From: Takakia lepidozioides | Taxonomy: Eukaryota > Plantae > Bryophyta | DNA: 64,000 nt | Direction: 5' to 3' | Assembly (NCBI GenBank): GCA_030704615.1 | Contig: CM060734.1 | Span: 42,656,001-42,720,000, forward strand | Shown here: piece by piece, positions 36,607 through 47,345 of the stretch | How positions within the stretch are numbered: the stretch's first letter is position 1 | Layout of the letters: every line of letters starts with the position of its first letter | Notes under the pieces: model-generated | Told to the model about the DNA's origin: nothing | What the model saw: the letters and a program-made list of their open reading frames with translations, nothing else | Database searches by the model: none | Made by a program: the position numbers and the translations under genes

Positions 36607-39257
36607 TTATAACATGGCGGTGTTGTTATCATACATCTTTTGTATGACATAAGGTCCTTTCCATGGTGATTTAAGCTTAGAAGCTTGAATCTTTCCTTTC
36701 TTCTGCAACCATAGAACCAAATCCCCCGTCTTAAAAGTCTTTAACTTGCCTTCATCAAACTGTTCCTTTCGCTTCATCTGAATTCTGGTCATATTATCAG
36801 CTGCATCAGCACGTACTTCTTCCACATGGTATAATTCATGTTTCCTGACCTTGATGGAGTCTTGCCATTCCATTCTTTTTCCCCACTCCGTTCTCATGGT
36901 AGGTAACAGGAATTCCACTGGAAGTAAGGCTTCCATACCATATACTAATTGGAATGGTGTATACTTAGTGGTCGGAACCATTTCAGAAATGGGGACTAGA
37001 CTTTGTTGGACCAATTAACCCACCATCCAAGAATACACGAAACAGGTACATAATTACAGCCACTGATTATACTACAAAGTGGGTGGAAGCTAAAGCTTTG
37101 AGGGACAACACAGCCAAGTCCACAGCAAGGTTCATGTACGAGAACATACTTACACGATTTGGCTGTCCCTTAGAATTTATCAGTGATCAGGGAAGTCACT
37201 TCATGAATGAGACCATTGAGTTGTTGACTAAAGAGTTTATGATTGTGCATAGAAAGAGTACAACATATTACCCACAGGGTAATGGGCAGGCAGAGGCTAC
37301 CAACAAAATACTATGTACTATCTTGGCTAAGATAGTCAATGCAAACAGAACGGATTGGGATACAAAGCTGCTGACAGCTTTGTGGTCATACAGGACTTCA
37401 TATAAAGGGCATTGTAGGATGCAAGGCCATCCTTCCCGATCTCTGCAAAGGTCCTAGCCTCTGACATTCATCACACTTCTGACAATACTCGTGTACATCT
37501 TTGAACAAAGTAGGCCACCAGTATCCTGCGAGTAGTATCTTTCTACTGGTAGTCTCTTCTCCAAAATGACCTCCAGCCACTCCTTTATGAACTTCCGCCA
37601 AAACTTTATTTACTTCATGGTGGTACAAGCATCGTTTTAGTACTCCATCAGGTCCTAACTTATACATTCTGCTTCCTACCATAGTATAAGGTAAAGCTTT
37701 GATAGCGATTCTCTTCCTCTGCTCCTTACCATAACTAGGTGGGCACTGACCATGAGCAAGGTAGTATCTGATTGGCCACTGCCAATCTAACCAGTCATCT
37801 GCACTTCCTTGCACCTCCACTGCAAAGAGACTTGCATCTGGTAATTGATCATCTATTCCTGTGGCTGGTTCTCCTGTTGACAATCGTGACAAATGATCCG
37901 CCACAAGATGCAGTCTCCCAGGCTTGTAAACAACCTCGAACTCAAACTCATGCAAGATTATCAACCATCCTGCTATTCTTCCGCTTATCAGAGGTTTGTT
38001 TACCAGGTATATCAGAGCCTGGTGATCCACATAGAACATAAACTTCTTGCCCAACAGGTAATGCCTGAATTTCTTCACTGCATAGATCATTGCCAATGCT
38101 TCTCTTTCCGTTGTGCTATAGTTCCTCTCAGCACTGTTCATCAACCGGCTAGCATAGTACACAAGTGAATCTATATTCCCTGTAACATTCTGGGCTAACA
38201 CCGCTCCCAACGCTTCTCCTGATGCATCGCAGTGAACATGGAATACTACATGCCAGTGAGGGTTAATCAGCACAGGTGTAGTTGTTACTGACAGTGTAAG
38301 TTCCTCAAATGCCTGTTGACATTCAGCTGTCCAGACAAACACTGCATCTTTCTTCAGTAGTTTGCTCAATGGTGCTGCTATTTGTGCATACCTTTTGACA
38401 AATCTCCTGTAATAACTGGTTTGCCCAAGGAATCTCCGTAGACTTTTAACATTCACTGGTGGTGGAGAGGCTTTAATGGACTCTGTCTTTCTGGGATCCA
38501 CAAGGAGTCCCTTCTTACACACAATGTGTCCCAGAAGCACCCCTGAGTTCACACAGAAAGTACACTTCTCTGGATTCAGGCCCAGACCTCTCATCCTGCA
38601 TCTGGCCAAACATAACTCCAATTTATGCAAGTGCTCACTCTTAGAGCTGTACACACTGAAATCATCCAAGAATACCTGCATGAAATCATCCAGATACTCA
38701 TGAAAAGATTCACTTATCACTCTCTGAAAGGTCGCTGGTGCATTACAAAGTCCAAAGGGCATGACTTTGTATGCATAAGCCCCCCAGTCTGTGATGAAAG
38801 CTGTTTTCCCTTGGTCTTCTTCTGCCACTTGCACTTGATTATAACCACTGAAGCCATCCATGAATGAGTATATCTCATGGCCTGCCACAGTGTCTAATAC
38901 TGCTTCTGTGAATGGCAAAGGGAAAGGATCTTTCTTCGTACAAGCATTCAGCTTCTTATAGTTCACACATACTCTTAGTTTGCCATTCTTCTTGGGAACT
39001 ATAACAATGGGCGACAACCAAGTTGTATACTCTATTGGGTATATAAACTTAGCCTCAGCCAACTTCTGTATCTCTTCTCCAACCTTCTGTGCGTAGTTGG
39101 GATTCATTCTATACCTCGCCTGCTTGATTGGTACTGACCCTGGTTCCAGTTCAATCTTATGCTGACAGACTTCAGGTGGTATCCCTTTTAGATCCTCATA
39201 GCTCCAAGCAAATACATCTCTGTATTTGATCAACAAGCTTTTAGCTTTTTCAGCCAC
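36607..39257 (-). pseudogene. Gypsy RT-RNase H-integrase, with the integrase core inverted (about 36972-37407)
   Basis: KLRVCVNY, MDGFSGYNQV, VMPFGLCNAPATFQR, FLDD, CDAS, ERNYSTTERE, HHCC zinc finger. The core KWGLDFVGP...SDQGSHF...QAEATNK is on the plus strand. GPY motif on the minus strand. Confidence 0.93.
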
Positions 39258-41046
39258 GGACGTCCCAATAATAAGGAGTAAGCCTCCATGACTTCATCCA
39301 TTTTTAATACAGTTACTGTGATCATAAAGATCATTTTCTGTATCTGTATCTTAACTTCTCTTATTAATCCCAATGGCTGTACACTTCTTTGATCTGCCAT
39401 TGTTACTGTAAATGGGGCTGGTTTCATGTTACTTAGACCAAGCTTCTTCCTTAATTGGTCTGTCATGATATTTACTCCAGAACCACCATCTATCAGTACA
39501 TCAGTTAGTTCTGTGCTTCCAATTCTCAATTGGATTACTGGCATAGAATCATCAAAGTCCATGACTGTTTCTCGCCCTTCCGGCTTCACATTATAACTGG
39601 TCACCTTGCTGTTCAGGTCTGTGTTTCCTGTCTCTTGGGCAATTCGATTGATTGCTTGATACAGCCTGTGCCTACAATAAGGTGCCACAGCTAATAACTG
39701 TCCAATGGTAATTTCTGCTTTGGTCTTGCATATTACTTCAGCCAAAGTCTCTTCATTACTTTGCATGTCTGCATCTTCTTTTTTCTCTCTCCTGAGCATT
39801 CCCAATTGCTCAATTCTGTTCGCAGTTTCAAATGCCTCCTCCACTGTATTATGGGGTAACATATCCACTTTCTTTTGCAACTCTGGTCTTAGTCCACTCA
39901 CAAACCAAGTCTTCTGTAAACCGGGTGCTGGTACTGCAGCCAGCTTTTTCATCATCAATTCCATCTTCTCCATATACTCTTCAACAGTTTCATGCTTCTT
40001 CTGCTTCAGCTGTTGTAAACTTCCATACACTTCATCCTCAGTTTTACTTGTCCTGAACCTATTTCGAAATGCTGTATTCAAGCCATTCCAGGTTAGGAAA
40101 TGATTATCAGGGAATCTTGCATACCATTCACTTGCTTTCTTGATAAGTGAACAAGGAAACAATCTCATCTTGGCATCATCGCCATTCTCATTGTTCACTA
40201 TACACATGTGCTCAAATTGGCTAATGTGTACATCGGGATCCCTTTTTCCTGAATATATTGGAAAGGGTGGTTTTGCCCGTGTTGGTTGTAACGCCATCTG
40301 CGGCCCTACCTTCTGCCCACTGACAGGTGCTGGCACCCTTGCTGGTGCTGGTCCTTCTGGACCTGTTGTTTTTGTGGTGGATCTTCCACCAAGTGGTGGC
40401 CCTTGAGCACTCCCTGCTTCTGGCCCCACGATATTCACAGTATTCCCAGCTTCAGTTGCACTACTTCCCACACTCCCTGTCCCCCCAGAGCCAGATCCAG
40501 GCAGCCCGCCTGATCCCCTGAGCCGACACCTTCGTTGGCCTGTGATCCAAGTGCTCCACTTGATCCAGGTCCAACGGGTTGGGATGTCCTGGTTGTAGTC
40601 TCAACCTCAGCTGTTGGGTCTACTTCTTCATATTCTTCCTCTTCCAATTTCTTCTCTCTGTTTTCATCCTCCAAGTTCTGCCCTTGGGTTTCTTCTTCAC
40701 TCATGTAACTCAACTGTAATGGTGTTGGAGAGTCTGAACTCTCCGTTGGCTCTGCCACATCCTCTTCTCCTTCTTCACCTTCTGCTTCAGAAACTGGAGT
40801 TCCTGCTTTTGGTGTTCCATGCCAACTCTTATCAAAGATTTCTGTCAAATCTTTTATCCAATGATGTACCTCAGATCTTTCACCTCGTGATTGATCTTCT
40901 TCCTGTACCAATTCCCTTAATCTTTCTTGCAAAGAAACAGAAGGAGTGGCATCCAACTCTAGTTCTTCCGGTATAGGTGATGTACTCTTTGATCTTAATG
41001 GTGTGAGAGTCCAGATGATTCCCCTATGTCTATTCCTCTCTCCCAA
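39230..41046 (-). CDS. Gypsy gag-protease (frameshifted)
   Basis: YSGKRDPDVHI...RLFPCSL...FVSGLRPEL; VLIDGGSGVNIM; LLLGRPWL. Confidence 0.88.
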
Positions 41047-41147
41047 AGATATGGATAATTAGCTTTCAGATAGCTTTCTCTTTTTGCTGAATATCTCTGG
41101 CGTCTAGCTTCTCTTTCATCACTCATGTCCCATGTCTTTCATTTCTT

Positions 41148-41843
41148 TTAATGTGGCAATAACCAAAACTCTCTTCTGTAATATCTCTCGTATATGCCTG
41201 GGTTTCTTTCAAGCTTCAATGCACCCTTGGCTATACTTGAAGTCTCCGTTACCATATAACCATATGGCAAACAAGTCTGAAAAGCTGTTCTTGGTGTGAG
41301 TTTGATCCACAAAATATCCTTTGGAATCCAATTCTTTACCAGTACAAGCTCTTCATGCATATGAGTATAAACATTCACCTTTCTTTCTTCCCAGCCTTCA
41401 AACTCTACTCGTTTAATGGATAGCAATGCTATCACATAAACCAATGTTGGTAACCAACGTGCTCTTCCTCTACAGGCTACCTGATAAATCTTTATCACTC
41501 CTTTCTCCAGACCCCATTCTGGATCAGCATCATGCACTCGCTTAAGAATATTTTCTTTACAACCGTCTGGCAATTCCAAGAACCTTTGAAAGAATTGTTT
41601 GGACAATCTTTCTTCCTTCGTTCCACAGGGAATTTGATTCACTTCAAATTCTTTAATGGTCCAACCACCATGATCCCACCAGATGCCTGTCACATCTGGT
41701 TGTTCATGACTCAGTTCCCCAATATGGTCGCCAAATGTCGCGCGGCTTTTACTCACCCATCCCTTCGCTATTCGAGGCGGAAACTCCAAGATAGAAGAGT
41801 TGGAAATCTCTAAGTACTCAGCCCGCGCAGAACAATCAGTCAT
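41148..41843 (-). CDS. Extra 5' ORF of the gypsy, running from the LTR across the PBS (unknown function)
   Basis: 231-codon open frame upstream of gag. No recognised domain. Confidence 0.4.
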   Translation of the reverse strand: MTDCSARAEYLEISNSSILEFPPRIAKGWVSKSRATFGDHIGELSHEQPDVTGIWWDHGGWTIKEFEVNQIPCGTKEERLSKQFFQRFLELPDGCKENILKRVHDADPEWGLEKGVIKIYQVACRGRARWLPTLVYVIALLSIKRVEFEGWEERKVNVYTHMHEELVLVKNWIPKDILWIKLTPRTAFQTCLPYGYMVTETSSIAKGALKLERNPGIYERYYRREFWLLPH

Positions 41844-42774
41844 GACCTACAGCTAGTGTATCATGGGGGTGTTTCCTATTTGTTTCCCTTTTGGTATTCA
41901 TGTTAGCTATCTTACCCTTGATAATTAAGTATCAGTTTGCTTTATCAATCTATTGGATTCCATCAACTCATCCATTCATTTCACAGCTTCACTTAGATCT
42001 CTCTACACAGTGTGATTGTATCGTAAAAGTATCCGATTATGATTTATCAGGTATCAGGCCGAAGCCATTGTGTCTCTAATCTACTCTACAATATCATTAC
42101 AGCCTTGCATATATCAAGCATCTACTCATCATCTCTCTATCTTCACTTCCGTTCTTCATCTTTGCCCGATCCCCTCTCCTCCATCACCCAGAAGTCCTCC
42201 TCCGAATGATATCCCTCGATTCCCTGTTTTCCCCTTTATCTTCCTATCCGTGGTTCTAACCGTTTCCCTCACTAACCGTCGTCTGTGAACTAACATGTTC
42301 CCTTCGCAGGTGTTGTTCCCTACAGTCGTTTCCTGTCCTACTCTTCGTTCCCTATGATCGTGACAGCTGTGTCAAGCTGTGACTGGCTGTGTGAAACTGT
42401 GACGGGCTGTGACTGGCTGTGCGACTGTGTTTGGCTGTGTCGGGCTGTGACTGGCTGTGTGGCTGTGACGGCTGTGTCGGCTGTGACGACTGTGTCTGCT
42501 GTGTCGGCTGTGTCTGCTGTGACGACTGTGACGGGCTGTGTTGGCTGTGTCGGCCGTGTCTGCTGTGACGACTGTGACGGGCTGTGTTGGCTGTGATGAC
42601 TGTGACGAGCTGTGTTGGCTGTGTCGGCTGTGACGACTGTGACAGGCTGTGTAACCCCCCTCTACAGTGCGCTGCTGTCACCCCTAAGGCTCCTGTTGGT
42701 CTCAGTCTGTGCAAAAATTAAGGGTACCCTACAGATCCCGTATAAGTGTCTAAGTCCCCGACAGTCCTCTAACA
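41736..42774 (-). repeat. 5' LTR (1039 bp)
   Basis: TG...CA ends. Matches the 3' LTR apart from a few substitutions and minisatellite copy number. Confidence 0.95.
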
Positions 42775-43223
42775 GGAATCAGTGATTTGGTCTTTGATAA
42801 CTGGCTCCACAAGGCTACATTTTGGAGTCAGGTGTGTATTCAAACATGCTGTTTCTTCTCTTCAAGTATGTGATGTGTATCTTTTTTGCAATTCTGACAA
42901 ATATACTATTTGCAGCTCGAAAAGCGCGCCATCATTGTGCTGGATCAGACTTTGAAGGACCTGAACATTGCGATTGTTTCCCCTCCCCAAATGTCATTGG
43001 AGGCATACATAAGGAAGTGGAGAGGTCTCACGTGGAGATACTGTTTTTTCCGGGAGTTCTCCAAAGATGGTAACATTTTACGGTCCAACGACTTTGACAG
43101 TCAGGTTGGAGGAGAGTGGGCCATGATGCGAGTTGTGTACAGGTGCAATGTCATACTTGAAACTCTACTGTTTTTTTTGGAAAAAATGTGGCTTCATATG
43201 GATTGCAATCTTAGATCCAGATT

Positions 43224-43945
43224 GAATGTCGTTGACGACATTCACTTCTTTGTCTAAGTCATTCTTAAGCGAGTATATGAATTCACCTGGTTAGGATCTA
43301 AGGATGCAATTATATTGTCCCTGATTAGAATTGATAATGTCCTTGAATGGCGTTGACGACATTCACATACGGAGTTGTTGAGAGGTCCTCAGAGTTATTT
43401 AAATTTTTGTAATGTCCATAGAGGTTACAGTGAGGGTTCCTCACTTCATTTTGCTGAATGTCAATGCAGACATTCAGTTGTTCTGCATTGTTTTTGCCTC
43501 TTGCGATGAATGTGGAGGCTTGATAAGCTCTGTTTTAAGAAATCCAAAGTGAATGTCGTTGACGACATTCACAGCTGTGTCTGTATTATTCAACAGCGAC
43601 AAATTCAATTTACATGGATTGGGGAGCTAAGTAATTGGTTTCTTTTTTGTATTTTTGTGAATGGCGTTGACGCCATTCACATACAGTGATGTTGTGAGGT
43701 CCTCAGTGATAGGTTCGTTATGAATGTGCATTGAGTTTGCCTGGAGGGTTCCTTACTCAATTTTTTGATTTCCATCCTGTGATTTTGCTTCATTTAAGTA
43801 ATAATTTGGCTTCATTCTTGAATGTCGTTGACGACATTCACTTCTATGTCTGTGTCATTTCTAAACAATTATTTGCATTCACCTGGATTATGATGTATTT
43901 ACAATGTCATTGAATGGAATGTTCTGAATGGCGTTGACGACATTC
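43224..43945. repeat. Array of seven 20-bp palindromes GAATG(T/G)CGTTGACG(A/C)CATTC in a cargo-gene intron
   Basis: Copies start at 43224, 43345, 43456, 43551, 43659, 43820 and 43926. Spacing 95-161 bp. Confidence 0.92.
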
Positions 43946-46900
43946 ATATCTGGAGCAGTAGTGTGGTCCTGAAAGGTCCTTGGAGCAGTTGTCAGAGCCA
44001 TTTCAATCTATGTTTTATTCTTTCTGTTCTACTTGCATCTTACTCACTGAGCGCTTTTGTGGGTTGGGATTTATCTCCTTTTTTCAGGTACACGAAATAT
44101 GTACTTATGGAAGGAAATCACCTGAGCGGAATTCCCGACTATCTTGACATGTGGTCGGACCCTGCAAACGATCCAACCATGTATACTGCAGGGATATTGA
44201 AGGACTGGAGTCCTTCTCACTTCAGAGACTGTGGGTGGTACCTTGACTGCCCACCTGAGCACACGACCTTTCAAGAACAGCATATGAAATTCTTGAACAA
44301 TAACGCTGAGATGCTGGCGCCTTTGACTGACGAAGAGTATCAACGAAACATAGCAACCTTGGCTGCCAAGGAGCCTGATGCTCAGGGAACGCCGCAGAAG
44401 GGAAAGAAGGCGGGCCGCAAACCAAAAGACAAGGCTGTTGATGTCATAGCCATCTCACCAGCAAAGCCAAAGGACAAAGACAAGTCCAAAGAGAAGGAAA
44501 AGGACAAGGGGAAGGAGAATGAAAAGGAGATGGAGAGTGGGCAGGACTTTACTGCTGGAAGATATACCCGCACTCTTCAGTGCGTGTTCGATGCCAAGCC
44601 ACACCCTTCCCGTTCTGATTCAGCAGGAGAGATGAAAATTGTTAATGAGGGTTGGCTTTCGATGATGCAGAGTCGAAAGAGAGGATACACTGGGGTGCCA
44701 TCCCCTACCTGGGACAATATAATCTCATTCCTCAATCTGGTGAGAATTCCAGTTTCTTTTCTTTTTCTCTGAAAGTTTCGTTGGCAGTATTTCAGTCTCG
44801 TTCTTTGAAAACATTCTTGCCATCGTTCTTATAAAAAACATGTCTGTTGCAGGTGAGCACAGGTCCCACCTTCGTGTGCGGTGTGCAGAAAACTTATGCG
44901 GCCGACATTGTCATTCTCGACATCCCGGATGGCCAGGCTGTGCCAGAAGTTCTTCCAAAGGGCAAGACGCCAGGCTGGAACAAATTCGAGGACAACTACT
45001 GGAGTTGGGTGTTCGGGTTCTGTAACAAATTCCTCTCTGATGCAGGGACACTTCTGCTTTTTCAGTCATGTGACAATGATAGTCGTTGGGCATTGGCATC
45101 ATACCTCAAGTCTTCAGGGTTTGAAGTTTTGCGCACATGGAATTGTGTGAACAGCCTCTACCTTGTGAAAGGGGGTTTCCCTGGTCAGCTGGTATGCCGT
45201 CTCCCTTCTGCTTGTGCTTTGATCATGAGTTTCAATTTTCTCTGCAGCTCCACTCTAGTAGAAAGTTTTATGATCGACACCGATCATCAACGATTCATGA
45301 TTTTTTTGTGTCAGAGTTCTGAATAGCCGATGTACACACTTCCACTATAGATTGTGTTTACCACACTAACCTGCTATCTTTGCCAGACGAGGATGTTCGA
45401 GGCGATCTGCCTGCGGAGGATTCGCACATCAAAGACACCATCCTCCATCCGCAGCTTTGAGATTTCTGACCAGGGTTGTTTCGTCAACCCCCCCTATGAG
45501 CCCCATGTCGATGACATTTTGTACAACTTCATGCAGTCCAGTCAGACTCTGAAGAGACCAGATGGCACTCCCTGGAGAGGTGCAAAGGAAAAGTCACCAG
45601 CATTCATGCAAATACTGCTGGAGTCATGCAGCCACCGCTCTGCACGGGTGGTCGATCTTTCTGTGTCCACATGTTCGTTTTTTCCCTTCCGAATTGGTTT
45701 CCTTTCAACAGTTTCATCTGCTTAAATCCCCCCTCCAAACTGTTCATGTTCTCCTGTCTGGTGCAGGAGCAACTTACCACGCATGCAAGGCAGGCGGAAG
45801 AAGCCTTTTTGGCATGGAGGGTGATTCTGACCTCTAAAACACCGTGCTCCTCCCCCTTTTGTCTGGCTCCACTTCAGGCACACAGACTGATCGGATTCAA
45901 ATTCGAAATGATGACGATCCCGAAGATAAGCAGGTCGACAACGACTTTTCATGTGAGTAAGTGCTAAACCCTCTTTGGGAGTCATACTCAATTTCTCGAT
46001 AACATCAAAGTTACAGTAATAACTTTTTCAGGCTGTCTTTCAGGAAAGGCAGCGGTGGATCTTCAGGAGATACAGTCATTTCTGGCGAGTCTGTTTTCGA
46101 CAGCCCCCTTTCCAATTTTCTGCTTCCTGTTTATGCCGAAGCAATGGCACTTCACGCGGCTGAGTCCCTATCCCCTGACTTTTTAGTGGCCAGCCGTAGG
46201 TGTATCCAGCGTGGATCCGGTGTTCTAAAATACTTAGACTTAGATGCAGAGGAAGAGGGGATACATTGTACTGACTCTGAGTCAGACTGAACTGTATTCT
46301 TTTACTATTTTCATTTTCATATTATCTGGAAAACGTTGAATCCCCTTCCTCCACCGTAGTTGTTCCTTTAGAACAAATAATAATCACAGAATCAACTTTC
46401 GTTTAAATTGCTATATGTATGAATCCATCTCACAAACCTTCCTGACTCTTCTCATATCCATTGTGCATTCATCTACACTGTATTCATGCGTGCTCCATTC
46501 ATGAAAGCTTCCTTTGTACAACATCCATTGTACATTCATCCTCTGTACTCTTTAATCCACCCCACAAACCTTCCACACTCATTTCATATACTTTGTGCAT
46601 TCGTCAAAAGATTTGGTCATGCATCTTCCTGTCATGAATTTTTGTCATTGCTCAACATCCATTATACATTCATCCATTTTACTCTTATCCATCCGTCATT
46701 CATCCATCTACATACATTTTTCACACTCATCCATCTGTTTATCATCCAACTGTACATTCATCCATCCTTTAATCAATGCCTTTTATTATGTCGTCCAGCT
46801 TGTTTCCGCGGTAAAGGGTGCCAATCCGCGGGAATACACTCCACTTCTTTCTGGGCGCGTGGTGACTCGGCCTTCACGTGTGATGACGTGGACTGAGCCC

Positions 46901-47345
46901 CGTGACGTGGCATTTGCGCAAGGTGACGTGGCGTGAGCGCAGTTGCGCTCACGCGCTCACGTGACCAGGCTCACGCCGAGGCATCCCTGAAAGCATACCA
47001 CACTGCCATTGGAGCGATTCAAAGATGAAAGTTACATGTCACCTAAATATAACGTCCGAATCCACACAACACCAACTTCCCACTTTGAACCTCTCACTTG
47101 CTTCTTTTCTCTCACGCACCTCTTTGGACATCCTGCACCTCTCTGGACAACGTGTACCTTTTTGCCTGTCCTGCACCACTCTACCCATAGGGTACTTCTG
47201 AAGCAGCCTCTGAGTCTCTCCCTGCTTCCTTAGTCTCAGGTGTCAACTGCACATTTCTTACGTAGGATAGTATGATACTCAATTTTTTGTGTACTCTCCA
47301 TGTGCACCAGCTAAACTTGCTTTTGTTTGTCTAAAGTTACTCCCA

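Larger units (their letters stand above)
30876..42774 (-). mobile_element. Full-length non-chromovirus Ty3/gypsy element (Phygy/Selgy-like) with extra ORFs
   Basis: LTRs at 30876-31950 and 41736-42774. TSD GGAAT at 30871-30875 and 42775-42779. PBS TGGCGACCATATTGGG (tRNA-Arg-like) just inside the 5' LTR. PPT GGGGGGAAGGGG at about 31954-31965. Confidence 0.95.
28767..45960 (+). pseudogene. MULE cargo gene: ParB/Srx-like domain plus beta-class N6A/N4C DNA methyltransferase-like domain, interrupted by the gypsy
   Basis: Exon blocks with GT-AG junctions at about 28767-29042, 29460-30120, 30214-30405, 30490-30875 joined to 42780-42831, 42916-43142, 44089-44739, 44853-45191 and 45387-45960. Motifs IPLCRMISMPVVRP...FYVWDGNHRLLAW; ADIVILDIPDG; WRGAKEKSPAFMQILLESCSHRSARVVDLSVST/GATYHACKAGGRSLFGMEGD. 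Confidence 0.72.
23789..46989 (-). mobile_element. Mutator-like element (MULE), 23,201 bp (about 11.3 kb without the gypsy)
   Basis: 10-bp TSD AAAGCATACC at 23779-23788 and 46990-46999. Imperfect TIRs CAACGACGCAATGGCGTGAGC and CAGGGATGCCTCGGCGTGAGC. Subterminal GCGTGAGC and TGACGTGGC repeats at both ends. Contains a MULE transposase. Confidence 0.9.

Noticed and set aside
43224-43945. CRISPR array
   Set aside because: The spacers are 75-140 bp, related to one another and inside a spliceosomal intron, and there are no cas genes.
28767-45960. Bacterial or phage contamination explaining the ParB-MTase gene
   Set aside because: It has GT-AG introns, a plant gypsy insertion and enclosing MULE TIRs and TSD.
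46430-46790. CATTCATCC-rich tract as a functional array
   Set aside because: Low-complexity and irregular; no evidence beyond composition.
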